Shown: positions 27,189 to 42,372, counted from the stretch's first letter. The stretch: DNA of 64,000 nt from Lama glama (GCA_028534125.1 CM052817.1:31808001-31872000); one strand, 5' to 3'. Numbers and translations: made by a program. The notes: a model not told the origin generated them from the letters alone.

Positions 27189-28360
27189 TTAAAAAACCCT
27201 TCAGGGAAGTTGACAGAGAACTTGCTGTGTAACTTGGAAAGAATAATGTGAATATCTTAGACTTTGGGGCTCATTATTTCGCTTGCACAACGTAGATTTC
27301 GAGCAGTCTGGTGGCTACTGCATCAGAAGGTATGTGTAGAGAGTTTGAAAGTAAAATCACATGATATTTTACGCAGTGACAACCCTTATGAGGGGAGAAA
27401 ATAAAATTCTACAGGTACTTTACAGGTACTTTTAGGTCAGATTTGCTAATCTGACAACCTTAGAGGAACTGAAGCAGTTAGTGAACTATTCCCTTCGGGT
27501 GATAAAGAATCCCTAAGATCCTCCCAGTAATATGTCAGGGAAAATACTGCAGATTTTGCTCATGCCATAGTTTCTCACCTAACAATTAATTCTGACACAC
27601 AAAAATACAAATGAAAACAAATTTCTTTGATCATTATGGTATGAATAAATATTTCTGTCTTACTAGGGCCCAAGTATTAACACCTAGAATAATAGCTGTA
27701 ACATTTCAACTCGATTCTGCTTCTAGCAGGAACTCATATACTGGTGAGGCACAAATCTACCACTTTCTTCTATGTCTCATTATTTCATTTATGACATAAT
27801 TTTCACAGTAACAGAGCAATTAAAAATTAATCTCTCACTTCCATGTCCACAATCCAGTTTTCTGCCTTCCAAAAGCAGGCCAATTTGTGGGCAACCAATT
27901 CATTAAATTCATGGCTTCTTTTAGCTCATGAAGTTTACTGCAATTCATATTGAATGAAATGGTTTCCTAACAGTCTTTCAGGACTTCTACAAAGTTTTAG
28001 TAAACCTGTTTTCATTTTGTCTCCATAGAACGATTGTGAATCTAATGCTCTCAGAATATACTGTATGTATCTATTCACTTGCTATGATGACTTTTTTCCC
28101 TGAAATTCCTAAGTATAAATACTGCTACTTAATTATTTGCAACTCCACTTCACTCTAATAAATCATTTTGCACTGTAACTAACACGATCATTCTGAAATC
28201 TAATCAATTACAAAATGGAGATATTATTACTACCCCACAGGGCTGAATTAGAAAAAAGGAGTGAAGAATTAGAGGGGCTGTTTTAAGGTCTCTAAAAAGA
28301 GTAGCTGTTGTCATCTCCCCCTCCTGCTAAAATTCCTCAGCAGGTCTCCAACGTTCATAG

Positions 28361-28528
28361 CAGTGATTCTCATTCAATGCTTCCATCAGACTCATCTAAG
28401 GTGCTTAAAAAATAGATTTCTGGGCTCTGCTCCAGGAATTCTCACTCAATAGGCCCAGGAATCTGTGATTTTTATTTAACAAGCTCTCCAGGTAATTCTC
28501 AGATTCCACTGCCATACAGGGACCACTG
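28361..28528. mobile_element. MER5-family hAT element
   Basis: cagtgattctca...ggcccaggaatctg...ttaacaagctctccaggtaattct...accactg. Confidence 0.7.
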
Positions 28529-28927
28529 GTCTGCTGGGTAATGCTGGAACCAGCTGCCTTTCATGATACAGTTTCTTTCCTGCTTTCCAGCCTAACATTC
28601 AATCAGTTTCCTCATAACATAATCACAAAGAAAAGTTTGCAACGTCCAAATTTTTAAATGAAGTTTGCAAATGCTGTTCCTCTGCCTGGAATGTCTTTCC
28701 CTTGTTTGTCCCCTGGGGAACGTGCTTCAAAAATTCACCCCACATGTCAGTGCTTCACCTATAAAGCCTCCTCTTACCCCACAGGCCGACTCAGAAACTT
28801 TCTTCTCCGTAGCTCACACAGTCCTTTACCTAGGACTTTATTTGAGTGCGTGATCCATTGTTATAATTCTGGACCTGTCTTTTCTGAAAGTTGCTCAGAA
28901 CCTGATATGTAGATTTGGAGATCTAGA

Positions 28928-29133
28928 TCTGAGGCTGGCAAAATACAGCCCTTAGGCCAGATCTGGCCCATGGCTCCCTGAAACTGTAAACAAGAGTTTT
29001 GTTGGAATGTAGCCACACCCCCTTGTTTAGCTGTCTATGCAGCAAAACTGAGTAGTTGCAACAGAGACAGGATGGTCTGCAATGCTGGAAATACTATCTG
29101 ATTACTGACAGAGAAGGTTAGCTGACCCCATCT
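28928..29133. mobile_element. MER58A-like hAT element
   Basis: ggcaaaatacagccc...ggccagatctggccc...gagtagttgcaacagagac...gctgacccc. Confidence 0.75.
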
Positions 29134-29376
29134 GGGCTCTGACCTTCCTCACTGTAGATATAGCAATTTAACATCTGTATTACAGAATGAGTTTCTGTGA
29201 GACCTCTTGTGGGGGGAAAAGAGGTCTACATATTTTAAAAATGCTGAAAACTGCACTAGACTTATTTACTATTTACCTCTGGATGTCTAACTTTTTGTTA
29301 TACTATATAGAATATAAAAGCCAATTTTAAGTGGTTGCCAAATAATTATTTAATGATAGAAAACTACACAGCTTAC

Positions 29377-29434
29377 CTCTGGCCTTCTTTCAAGTGCTTC
29401 TTTAATTATGGGATGTAATTCCTCTATTAGTTCC
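29377..29434 (-). CDS. FRYL: FRYL exon 18/38 (ELIEELHPIIKEALERRPE)
   Basis: 58 nt, phase 2-0. Confidence 0.92.
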
Positions 29435-30977
29435 CTAGAAGAAACATTATATACACTCTTTTAATGAATAGCTAAACAGATATAATCTGACACATGGAAA
29501 TATATAAATATTAACATGATGTAAACTGACAAGTGTTAACCTTTATCCTACTTTTTAAACACAATTTGTATCACTTTGTTTTGGTTGTGAAATGACACAT
29601 GCACTCTGTAGAACATTTGAAAGCCAGAAAAAATGGTGTAGGCCACTTATTTTAATTTGTAGAGATAAATACTATCAAGATTTCTGATCAATCATTTTGC
29701 AGCCTACATACATTTTACATAGTTGAAACCCTAACATATATAAGATAGCATCCTTTTTTTTTTTAACACTAGCATAATCACTTTCACATGCCATTAATTA
29801 ATTCATAATACTCTAGTATTGGGCTGGACATGACAATTTTCCTAACAATTTTTAGTTATTATTGATTCATTAAATTTTAATTTTTTTATTATAAATACTA
29901 CCCAGTGAATATCTTTGTACATTAATCTTTGACCTCATTTCTGACTATCCCTTTAGGATTAATTTTTATAAATGAAATTAATGGTCAAAGGATATGAACT
30001 TCATGAAAATAATCTTTTTTTTTTTTGCTTTTATTCTGATTTTAAATTCAAATGTACTCATTGTAGAAGATGGGAAAATACAAGAAAAAAGAAGAAAATA
30101 AAATCTATCCACAACTTCATCATTTATAGAGACTACTGCAGACAGTTAAAGTATCTACCTCAGAATTATTTCCATTTATGGGGATTTGTTTTTTAAGAAA
30201 TTGAGATCACTTTTATATCTCATTTTTTTCTCTCAGCACACTAGGGTATTTATTTGTCATAAAATAATCTTCCAAAACTTCCTTTATAATGAATGCTATT
30301 CCATACCTACACATATACTACAATTTAATAAGCTGTTCTCTGTTGTACACAGTATCTTGGAGACAAAACATCAAACATCATCTCGTATCAATAGAGGACA
30401 GCCTCAAAAGAATAAATTCAAGGTCCAGCAAACAGTAACAAAGCAGATTCTCAAGCAAAAGTGAAGAATTTGCTTTATGACTATCAAAAACATCAAGAAT
30501 GATACAAAATATGTACATAAGTAATTCTTTTAAGAATAGGCATTCTCTTGAACAAGAAGGAGAAGAAAACTATAGTTTTAAGCAATTGATCAAGATAATA
30601 AATTAATAAAGTCACTATGTAAATAAATCAGGTAAGAAAATTAAAGCTTTACATGGCATTTCATATTTTCTAGAACATATTTATATATAATATATATTTG
30701 ATTTTCATAATCATTATTTGAAGAAAATAAGGTAAATCTTATTTACTCAATCAAAATGAGAACATAAAGGCTCAAATAAATTAAACGACTTGTTAAATGT
30801 TACATGACTAGTTAACCAGTAAAAGTCAGGATTGACATGCAACTATCCTGATAATAAATACTCAATTACCCCTCCCTCAAAAAACAAACAAACAAAAACA
30901 AACAGTCTACCTCAGTTTCTCTCCAAGTAAACACATTTACTATTTTAGTGCCTAGAGAACACATATAAAGGTAATTA

Positions 30978-31124
<147 letters not shown>

Positions 31125-31736
31125 TTATAGCAGCCACTAATGATAGTACCTCCAACTAAATAATCTGACATTTCAACAATATTTGGTCAAGAATAATGGA
31201 CAGATGACATTTTAGAATGAATGGAGCTTCAAAATTCACCCAATGGCTCACTGCAAGTTTGTTAACAGAAATGGGATCTGGGGGTCTCTTTATTTCTTAC
31301 TGATACTCACCATCATATACTAGGCAGACTCTCTCCAACAGCCCATTTCTTTTGATCCCACAAAAATGAGTAAAAAAATTTGCTTCTAAAAGAGTCATCA
31401 GTGTTAAAGTTAGACACGTAGGTGTTAAGCTTTGTCAGTTTCCTTCAACCACCTGATGACACTGGGTGTCGTGCCATGAAGAATATATGACTGATCTTAT
31501 CAAGTTATTTGTACCACTACATAATTTAGGGAAATTCTAGAAGAAAAACTTCATATATTTTTGATTATAACTAAGAATCCCTAAAAATAGCAATGGGATT
31601 TCTTGAACTATTTTTAGTATTGGTCTGAGTAACTAATACACTTTTCAGTCAAACTACTTTATTGTCCTGAAGAAGAAATTTTAAACAGTACTTTCATGCT
31701 GCCCTTCAGATTCAGTGGCAGGTCTGGAAAACTTAC

Positions 31737-31932
31737 TTTAGAATCGATGCTGTAGCCACTGTCGGGGGTGGACGCCAGCGTCTCGGGAGGAGAGCACCTC
31801 ACAGAACCTGCAGATGTTGAGGATGCCGTGGATGTGGCTGCACTGCAGCAGAGAAGCAGGTAGTTCCTCCACAGGCCCACGTATGAGTCACTGCTTGTGG
31901 CGGTACTTACTTTCTTAGCATTGATGGGGCTA
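31737..31932 (-). CDS. FRYL: FRYL exon 16/38 (SPINAKKV...SIDSK)
   Basis: 196 nt, phase 2-0; TAGTAG tandem acceptor. Confidence 0.92.
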
Positions 31933-34190
31933 CTAAACAAAGAAGAAGAAAACCAGGTAAACAATACAACATGTTTTGAAAAGTTTTTTTTTAACTAACG
32001 CTAAATTTCTATCAATTTAGAAGAGATGGCTAGCATAAAGTATTTATTACTACTGCTAAATCTTTGTGGAATAAGATATAACAAATAAAATATTACAGTG
32101 AAAATTGTAATATATTACAGGGTCATTTTAACATTATTACTTCTGGGACCACAGTTAATATTTTATCAGGCCATATTTTATAACATATTATAAACACTCA
32201 GTGTAGGAAAAAAAAGTGAAGACAAAATGAAAATCACCTTTCATCCTACACCAAAATAAGCACAAAATATACAATATTCTTCTACACATCTTCAATTGAA
32301 ATACATGTATATAAAGGCATGAATATAGGTCTTTTAACTTACAAAAATAAAATATGGTTTATTTTGTACCTGCTTTTTATACTTAATATATATTTTAAAC
32401 ATCTTCCATGTAAATTACATACTCCATGACATCATTTTGATGACTGTATGCTATATCATAAAGATTATCATGATTTACACAGTCTAACTTTCACTGTTGG
32501 ATATTTTAGTTAATTAAAAATTTCCTCTAGTACACACAACACTATACATTTGAATATGTGCTTAATTATAATAAAAGTTTGATTATTTTCTTGGGTAAAT
32601 TTCTGAAAATGGAATTGCAGAGTCAAAAAAAATCTACAATTTTAAGGCTTCTGTCAAATTTCTGTCTTGAAAGATTAGACCAATAAAATATTTTGGAACA
32701 ATTCCACAAATCTTTCCAAACACCAAAATTCTACTGGGATCAAGGAATGAGAGCAAAACAAAAATAGGAAGAAGACTAAATTACAGTCTTTGCCTTCAAT
32801 AGATTTATAACATATTAGGATTAATAATATATCACTTCATTAATCCATCAACAGTTTCTTAGTATATTCAAAACTACTGTGACAGCAGTAAAAAACAAAA
32901 ACAAAAAAACCTGTAAAAGAAAAAATCACTGCCATCCTATGTGCTGGGGGAGATATACAGTACAGAAATAAAACAATGTTAGATGGTACTAAGTTTGATG
33001 AAGAAAAATAGAGCACAGAAGGGATACAAGGAATGATAGTAGGAGAGGGGCCTATAATTTTAAATATGGTAATTAAGGGAGACTAAATAAGTTCATAAAC
33101 GTTATGCAAGGTGGCAAGTGTCAATCATCACTTAAATAAATAGCATCCGATACACAAAACCTGAGATTCCACGTAGCTTTATAATTAACATATATATAAA
33201 CAGCAAAAACAAAAATAAATTATATATATATATTCAAATCCAAAAGAAGGAATTCTGGGTTGGAGATATAAAAGAAGGCTTTAAAAATAAGGTGGAATTT
33301 GTGATGTGTCAGATATGGGCATGCAGAGGACAGAGAAAACAAAAGGTATTCTAGGTTCATGTGAACAAAATCTCATGGAAGGGACACTGCAGACCACATT
33401 TAGTGAACTTTGAGATATGCATTTTGGTCCCAACCCAGAGTACACGGATAGCATTGATAGAAAGTAAGGGAAAAAGTACAGACTGGAGGAGCCAGGTTTG
33501 TGGAGCCTCTAATGAGAGCCCAAGGTGTTATGTTTATCCAGGTGTTGGGTTTATACGGGCAAGTGAGATGTTAAGAGGGCTCATTCCATGTAATCTGATC
33601 AGTGGCATGTTGGATAAGGTGAAATCAGCAACTCAAACCCAGGTTCACAAACTCTCTTCTAAAATTAGGAGCCAGACAAAACTGTAGTTTATAAAGCCTT
33701 GGTCAACTCTCCATCATATCATCAGTGACTCTACCTCTTTACCTTTATCCTCAGAACCACAGTTCAATGCCATTATCACTCATCCCGATCAGCAGATGGC
33801 CTTCCTTTCAACATTGTCAGGCAAAGTAAGGTCAGTGAGCTTGGTTACCCTTTACTTCTCACCCTTTATCTACAAACTAATCTATGTCCACATCAGACCC
33901 TTTCCTCATTAATTCTTTCATTCAATACAGATTCATCAGACACAAACCACATACTGAGCAGTGCGTTATTAAGTAAATTAACAATTACAATTTGGTGAGA
34001 CCACATTATACAAAAAGAATGAAAGGATTATAAGTCTATATCCTTTACAACTTTCGCCCCCCTCCTTAACACGCCAGTACCATATGGCTTGTTATTTCTG
34101 GGATTTCCAATTTGCAGGACTTTTCAAATGCATATATTATGAAGGCTGACAGTCTATACATTTTAAGATGTACACTAGGAAAATAACTTA

Positions 34191-34460
<270 letters not shown>

Positions 34461-35881
34461 CTATGCAGGGGAAAAAAAAAAAGAAAAACTGATTATTGCA
34501 CATTTCAACAACTTTCAAAATTTTGCCACATGAATTGCTTTAAACTATGAGTGGCCTACTGGTAGTTTCCAGGGGGTGACATGAGGTCCAGGGTGCATTT
34601 AAGGGAGGAGAGAATTCTGGAAATTGCATATCAGGTTTTCTGGGCACATGTGTACACGCAATTTTTGGCAGAGAGAGTCTATGGTTTTTATCAGTCTCAA
34701 AAAGATCTATAAGCCAAAAAGGTTAAGAACAACTCCTTATGTAATTCATACACGACTGTGCAACTTTCAGGGGTGCACTAAAGCTGCTAGAGATTTCAAA
34801 AGCGAACCGTTAACTTTCGTGCTGACGTGCCCTCTACATGGGCAAGTGGAACAGACTGGAGAATGGGCTCCTCTCCAGAGGTACCTATTCTCAGGTATTT
34901 GCTCAATCATATTCCAGGCTCCTATACTGAAGAGACAAAGACTTACCTTCAGAGCAAATTATTTATGCTTCAAACAACAACGACAACAAAACAACAACAA
35001 AAAATGGAGTCAAACTGAACAGAGGCCCAGTTCACTCGCTCATTCCACAGATATTTATAAAACACCCATGATGAGCCAGGCACTGCTTTAGACACCAGAA
35101 GAGAGTCGTCCATTTCTCTCTTATTGGCTAATTCATGGTTAATAATCAAACAGAATTTTTTAAATTGCACAGATTTATAACCACCTCTTAGATTTATAAG
35201 ATTTTATTACTCTCTCTCTTGGGTACACATAACTTGTGAGTTGTAAGAGCCAAGTGTCACATGGAAAGCACAGAAATCTCTTCTCCAGCTATTCCAAAAT
35301 AGGAAGACAGCAATTTCAAGTAGTAAAATTTGATAGTTATTCTTCGTCAGTTGTGAAATCTTCGTATATGACCTTTCTTCCCCCAAACCAAACTAAGAAA
35401 GTTTGCGTAAACTTTCCTAGTAATATATGTGCTGACAAAGTGTTCTTCTTCATTTTAATGACTCAGGCATAAACAAAGCGAATACATACACTTATTGAAG
35501 ATGCAAGTGCAATGTTTTGCTTTGAATTTCAAGGAAAGCATTTTTTCCATTTTTTCCTTTTTACCAGCGTATGTAGGTCAAAAATATTACATGCCATAAT
35601 AAATAGCAAACAGTGGTCAATGGCAATATCAGATTTAAGAGAAACTTCTTCAATTGGAAAGATCAGAATTTTAGAGAGAATATAGTTTTATTTCTGTGGG
35701 GAAGAGTACTAACCATAGCATAGAATGGTTATGTATGCCACTTTTTAAAATGTATTTTTTTATTTTTAAAGCACTTTACCATTTTCAAAAATACCTTCTA
35801 CTACACGAAATTTGTAAAAGAAATTCATGTATGTCTTAAGTTTTAAAACGAGACGGAATACAATGAAATCATTACAGTTAC

Positions 35882-35968
35882 CTGATCGGCCCCTGTGAGG
35901 TGGATGAAGCTCTCAAGAATGGATGGGCTCAGCCTGTCCATCACATCTATGGCTAATTCATCATCACC
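35882..35968 (-). CDS. FRYL: FRYL exon 14/38 (GDDELAIDVM...TGADQ)
   Basis: 87 nt, phase 0-0. Confidence 0.92.
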
Positions 35969-35988
35969 CTATGAATAAAGACATGACA

Positions 35989-36175
35989 ATAGATAAACAA
36001 CAAGATCCTACTGTATAGCACAGAGAACTATATTCAGTAACTTGTAATAATCTATAGTGAAAAAGAATTTGAAAAAGAATATGTGAATATATATATATGT
36101 GTATGACTGAATCACTATGATGTACACCAGAAACTAAACACAACATTATCAACTATACTTCAATTAAAAAAAAAA
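35989..36175 (+). mobile_element. short L1 3' end next to the FRYL exon 14 acceptor
   Basis: atagataaacaacaagatcctactgtatagcacagagaactatattcag...A tail; TSD aaagacat(g/a)aca at 35977-35988 and 36176-36187. Confidence 0.9.
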
Positions 36176-36425
36176 AAAGACATAACACATCAAAAAAAAC
36201 TAGGAATGTTTAAGAAAACCAGCCAAGTCTAAGTAAGCATTAAAAACTCACTTTAGCACTATTTATTGCAAACGAAATCAAGGGTAAGCTTAGACCCTGT
36301 CAAAAAGATCCTGTGATAAAGTGAGTTACACCTACATGGTGAAGACAGAGATGGAATAAGGATGGTCAGAAGGACGGTTGTTAAATACTTTCATTAGACA
36401 GCTGAATGAAATACCTAAATCTTAC

Positions 36426-36611
36426 CTTAGGTATTTCCAAAAGTGCAAATAAAGCCCGTATTTCTCTAAGTACACTGACGGCCAATCTCCTTGTGGCAGG
36501 TCGGCTGCTGCAGAGCGTGACAAGTGCAAACCCTTCGACCACATGGAATACACTGGAATACGGGCTCCTTTCCAGAGGAGGGGGATGAGAAGCTCCATTA
36601 ACCACACCATG
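36426..36611 (-). CDS. FRYL: FRYL exon 13/38 (HGVVNGASH...LEIPK)
   Basis: 186 nt, phase 0-0; within ORF 36381..36671. Confidence 0.93.
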
Positions 36612-37516
36612 CTTGAAAAGTAAACAGACGTTTAAAAAATATATGTGTGTACAGACATTCCAGTAAAACAATTAATCAAGTGTAAGCAAATCATAAACAT
36701 TATGGCTACACGTCTGCCTCAGCTCAAGCAATTTAAGTAACGTTTAATTTATAAAAATGTAGTTACATAGTGAAAAATGCACTTAATTGGCAGTCTAAAC
36801 ATGAATTCTGTACCTAAGTTCTATCATTCTCTGGCTACTTTGTAAAAGCCTTAGAGCTGACACTTAATCACTACTGGTCTAACATTTCTATGTGGAAAAT
36901 GAGGGGACTGGATTGTATCCTTTGTACACAAGGTGTGGTCCAGCAGCACGGCATCACCCAGCAGCTTGTTAAAAAGAGAGATTCTCAGGTCCTCTGGGGA
37001 TTTGTAGGCTCATTAAAGGTTGAGAAGCTGGGTTGGCTTAGATAATGCAGCTCTAATATTCCAAGGCTCTATGACTTATATATTATTATACATTAATCAT
37101 TTGAGCACCTTTTATTGTTAAGAAGCACACATACTGTTCCTGTGAAACAGGGACCGGTCCCTTTAATAAAACAATCAAATAACTCTATGGAAATCTACCA
37201 AAAAAGAATTTTTTTTTATTTTATCAGCTTTAAATATATTGGAAACAACTTAAATGTTAGCTAGAATTGCCTCTATTTTCTGTGGTCATTCAAAACTACT
37301 ATCAAAAGAAGAAGGTTGAAAAGGTTAGACACATTAATGTTACATCTTTAGCATATAGACTATAGGAAAAGTTCAGTCTGAGGGATTATGAACACTTTGA
37401 AAAGGAGTAAAACTAATAAAACTTTAAGCTCTTGAGAAAGTCAATACGTCTTGACATCATTATTGGTCACTTACCACTGACCACATACAGAGGGACACTA
37501 CAAGAGCATTCGGTAC

Positions 37517-37754
37517 CTGCGAGTCCTGGTTTTTGTTGTGCATTTGAGTTGCTTGTTTCCACTGATTTATTAACTGTACCAACATCTTTACAGCATTATC
37601 AAGCAGGGTGGGATGGACATCAGTCACTTCGCGAACAATGAAATAAACAAATCCTGAAAGAACATCCTCCCGCCAATCTGGAAAATCAAGCATTAGTGCC
37701 TGCAGAGTGTTGAAAGCCAGAGCACGCAGTTCTTCATCCATATGAACTGTGAGC
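37517..37754 (-). CDS. FRYL: FRYL exon 12/38 (LTVHMDEELR...NQDSQ)
   Basis: 238 nt, phase 2-0; overlaps ORF 37460..37741. Confidence 0.93.
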
Positions 37755-39967
37755 CTACCAAGAACAAAATTCCATTAGCAAACCTCAAAACCTGCCGAAC
37801 GGTTTTATCATCTAGAACTTAAACCCCAGAACTTCAAAAATACTTCCTCTCAACTGGTTTGTAGGAAATATGAAGACAGGAACCAAGGTTCACTTTTTGT
37901 GCTATATTCATCCTTATGCCGGTCTATGTTTGCTTGTTTAAATTCACATATCAATCTATTAACATCAGTTGGTATTTTTACTACAATTCAGAATAAATTT
38001 GATCATAATTCAAATGCTGTACTTAAGAAAACATAGATTGACATCAGAATTACATTTAAAAAAATTCTTTAATTTTTAAAATGCCATGTGTTATCCTATA
38101 ATCAATCAAAACCTATGTCCAATCACGTAACACCTTAGCACTATCTCATATTTATTTAGTCCTTTACTATCATGGGAAAGGACATGATTTAGCTCTATCA
38201 TTCCTTTCATGCTGCTGAGGTTACAGTTACACATAAGACGACTGTGAAGAAAGAAACACAACGAATCAAGATGGAATCAGTTTAACAGAAATCATTCTTG
38301 AAAGCGAGAATTAGATTAAATTTAGGAATAACTTCATAAATGAGGTGTGTCTAGAAAAAAATGTGTCAAACTAACACATAAGGCCTTAAAAGAGAGTTTA
38401 AGTCCAAATAAATCATAGGAGAGGCTGTACATAATTACCGTTTAAAGATATCAAAACTATATGAGGACGTGAATGTAGTATTAGTTAAAGAATTTTGACA
38501 GAACTTAAAGAAATGAATGCTAAATAAGGAAATCATAAAAGATGGCTGCAGTAGTGAAGGTACAAAGTTCTATTAATAAGAGTTTTTGTTTGGGGCTGAA
38601 CAGGATTATTTCTGTGATTGACCATCAAGATGTGTGTGTCAGAGTTAGAAACAGCCTGAATGAATAAAGATAAGTAGGTAATATTAAAAATATGCCATAA
38701 ATACATGCTTGGGCAGCTGGTAAGATGGAGTTGTCCTCAGTGACAGAGGAGGAAAGCTGTGTGATTTGGGTGAAAGGAGATATCACAGTCTTTACCCTGC
38801 TGAACTCAGTTCTGGTCATCACTAAGCCAACCTTCAACTGACAGTGAGACTGAGAAGAAAATGTATTTACTGATCGACAGACTTGGGAGTAAGCCATGAA
38901 GCAGCAGCAGCTGCAACAGCACATCGGAAACACCCACGGGGTCAGATCAGGGGTCTCTAGCCCAGTATTCTGTCCCTGATGGTGGCACCAAAGGAGATAC
39001 TGTGCAGAAGAAGCTTGACTGACTCCATGCTGCTGACGTTAAAGGTTATTTCAACATCCCTTAAACCCATGGATTTACATCTATCTGTGTGACTTGGGGG
39101 ATACGTGCACGAAGAGAATGACGTGGCCTTGCTAATTTAAGGCAGGGGAACTAATTAACCTTCCTCAGAGACAGCAGACAGGTCTGCAGATTTACAGTGT
39201 GTCTTTGCTTTGTTTGCTTGCTTTATTTCTAAGTAAATAAGACGTAGACATTACAATTCCAAATGCTAGGAGTAGGGGACAAAATAAGCAGACTTTAGAA
39301 TCTTTCTTTCTGCTGAAATAAATTAATTAGTAAGTGAACATTACAGGGGAAAGAAGCAAAGGTAAATAGCAAAGCAAACTGTCAACACTGTTCAGATGTT
39401 TGCTCCTTTACTAGGCTCCCCTATCCCTGCCCCTTGTAGATGCAACTTCATTTGGATAGTGGGTATGGACCGCCATCCACAGAGATGTAGGTGAATTAAA
39501 CTGAGGTGGGAGGACACAGAGCAGAACTGAATGAGAGAGTTTTTATGGCTTTCCCAAGGAACAGCTTTATAAAAAATTAAGTTTCATTTTTCTGCCTAGT
39601 GCTGACGGAACTTTGTAACTGTGCAATCTAATTCACAGCAAGAGACAGACTGGGAAGGGATGACTTTATCTCAAGGTGCAAAGTTTCAAAATAACCGTCT
39701 TCTTCTCATAATCCTAAAAGAGACCAGTACCATTCAGTCTTTCACTGCAACCTGCAACAGTTGAGGCTTGGTAGTCTGAGGGTGTGTGAGACGCTAGCGG
39801 TTTTCAAGGAGGTAGAAAGGGTTGCTAGAATGATCTATTAACTGTTTACTTATCATGAATTTAACGTAGGACTGAGTGATGAGTGACCAGCAACCAGTAA
39901 ACATCTTTCAATATGGTCAAGTATTACTGCTCTGTGATGGTCTCTGTACTTGGTTTTCCATTTAGGG

Positions 39968-40170
39968 CAGGGGGCCAGCAAACTAGGGCTCAAGGGGAGC
40001 TCCCAGCCGGGAGCCTATGGGAGCAGTCATTCCCACTTCTTCATCCGTTGCCTTGGCTGCTTGTGCCCTACAATGGCAGAGATGAGTAGTTGTGACAGAG
40101 ACCATATGGCTCACAAATCTGAAAATATTTACTAGCTGGTCCTTTAAAAAAAAAGTTTGCCGACCCCCCT
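39968..40170. mobile_element. MER58A-like hAT element
   Basis: TIRs cagggggccagcaaact ... agtttgccgaccccc; internal gagtagttgtgacagagaccatatggc. Confidence 0.8.
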
Positions 40171-40732
40171 CTCTAAAGAGAATCGCCAACCATATCAAAA
40201 AAGCAGTTTTTCAAAAGGCCGCTGTCTCAACTTAGAATTACCTTTGGGAGCTAGTACTTAAGTTTAGAGCCTAACAGAGGAAAAAGAGAAAAATCTGAAC
40301 ATTACGGGCTCTGCAATAAGAGAAAAAAGTGAAAATGGGACCTGATCACCACTTTAGGTGCGAAAGAAATGACTGTAGGAGTTAACACAATGATTAACTG
40401 CCTAGTGGGTGTCATCACACACTAATATTGCCATAGTTTAAGGGATAATGTGTTATATTAAGTCCAAGAAATATTACTAGATGGAAAGGCAAGGAATTTA
40501 AAAATAGGATTTGTAGGGGAATCCAGAAGAACTTTAAAAGTTAAAACATGAGTGGGGAGAACGTGTTTAACAAAACATACAAGACAAAATGGGAGTTCAG
40601 ACAGTAATCAAATGAAGGATTAAAATGTCTTTATTACTACTTTTTTAGTGATAGTGGTAACAAGGGTGGATTAGAAATTTAAAGAGACTGAAAGAGATAA
40701 AAATTAATGTAGCAAACAGTAATTCTCATTTA

Positions 40733-40996
<264 letters not shown>

Positions 40997-41745
40997 TTAT
41001 CAGTTTATAAATGGAGAAAAGAATATGCAGATGATTCAGGAAAAAAACACAGCTAGCAAGCAGTAAAGGTTCTCCATAGTTAGAAAACAAGCATAACAAC
41101 CACTTAACTAATAAACATTATTTAAGTAAATTATTTATAATTGTTTCAAATAAAATGAAATATACATAATTTAAAATATTTAACCATTGATAATATTTAA
41201 TTATTAAAAATAATCAATAATATGACATTATTAAATAACCAAGTATTAGTTATTTGGGGAGACCTATAAAATTAACAAAAAATTTTCTTTCATTTAATAT
41301 CATATACTAACAAGGGTCTTAGAAAACAGACATTTCCATATACCACAGTTGGTTTTGTTTGTTCCCAGCTTTTTATGCTACTTCAGCATGCACATACACA
41401 CACAGATAAACGTTTAAAATTTTTATATAATAAAATGTGTGAAGTTTCGAAAATCCTGGTTCCTCCAAAGGCTTGATACAATTTAATTCTACTGTATTTT
41501 CCCCTAGTTATTCAATGATTTTATTTATTTATTTAAAATATCTAACCTTTTATACACTGGTATTTCGGTCTGTATTTCAAAGTGAAGCTGTTAGTTAATT
41601 TATTTTACCCAAATTGTTCTTCAGTTGGTCCAACAAAATAATTCTTAGATAGAAAAGAATTTGGATGTTTTAAGAGTTTGGGGGGGTAGTCAGTATTCAT
41701 TATAGTAGCAATGGATCTATTACTTACTTTTAGAGATTTTATATA

Positions 41746-42372
41746 CAGTCAGTCTTCTCGTTGCTTGGTTCCAATATGCATGAATTTCAGTTACCACAAT
41801 TTAGTTAAGTAATACCAGTCCCCAACAATGTGGTTCAGTTTTCAGTTACCACATATTAACTGTAAGTAATTGTCCAGCCAAGCTTCCCTGTTAGCTCTTC
41901 AGTCTACAAATCATGATGTAAATAGCAGATGTGTATCATAACCAGTGATTCAATCACATCACTTTTTTCAAAGTCTGTTGTGATTGGTCACTGCACATCC
42001 GTTATTTAGTTCACACATACATGGCAAAGTGTGTGGCTGTGTTGCTTCCTTGTCTCCAGGGATAAACTCAGGTGACATTTTACAAAAATGGATAATCAAA
42101 AGAGAAGACTGGCCAACACAGGTGAAAGGACAACAAAGAAAGAAAAAGTGAATACTGGACGTGAAATTGGAATCAAACATGAATGGAGTTACAGGAGAAA
42201 CAGCAGACCCGGGAATGGTGACACTGCTGTCCCTGAAGAATCCAAACATGCAGCCAGAGGAACTCAGGGAGGGCAAACTTATGGGCATAAATGAGGAAAG
42301 TGTTTGTGATAAAAAGGATGAAGACCTCCCAGAGGAAGTAATGCCGGAAAAAAAAAAAGCTCTCAGAGATAT
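41746..42372 (+). mobile_element. Tigger (Tigger13a-like) TcMar DNA transposon remnant
   Basis: ta|cagtcagt...ccaatatgcatgaatttcagttacc left end; transposase-like remnants MDNQKRRLAN...KKEKV and MQPEELREG...DEDLPEEV (ORFs 42088 and 42161). Confidence 0.75.

Noticed and set aside
27410..27431. Small 10-11 bp tandem duplications (also near 53796 and 55445)
   Set aside because: Routine slippage events with no sign of function.
34624..35091. Longest ORF (155 aa, + strand)
   Set aside because: TTG start, overlaps decayed hAT-like and L2-like sequence and a CAA-rich run, and shows no recognisable domain.
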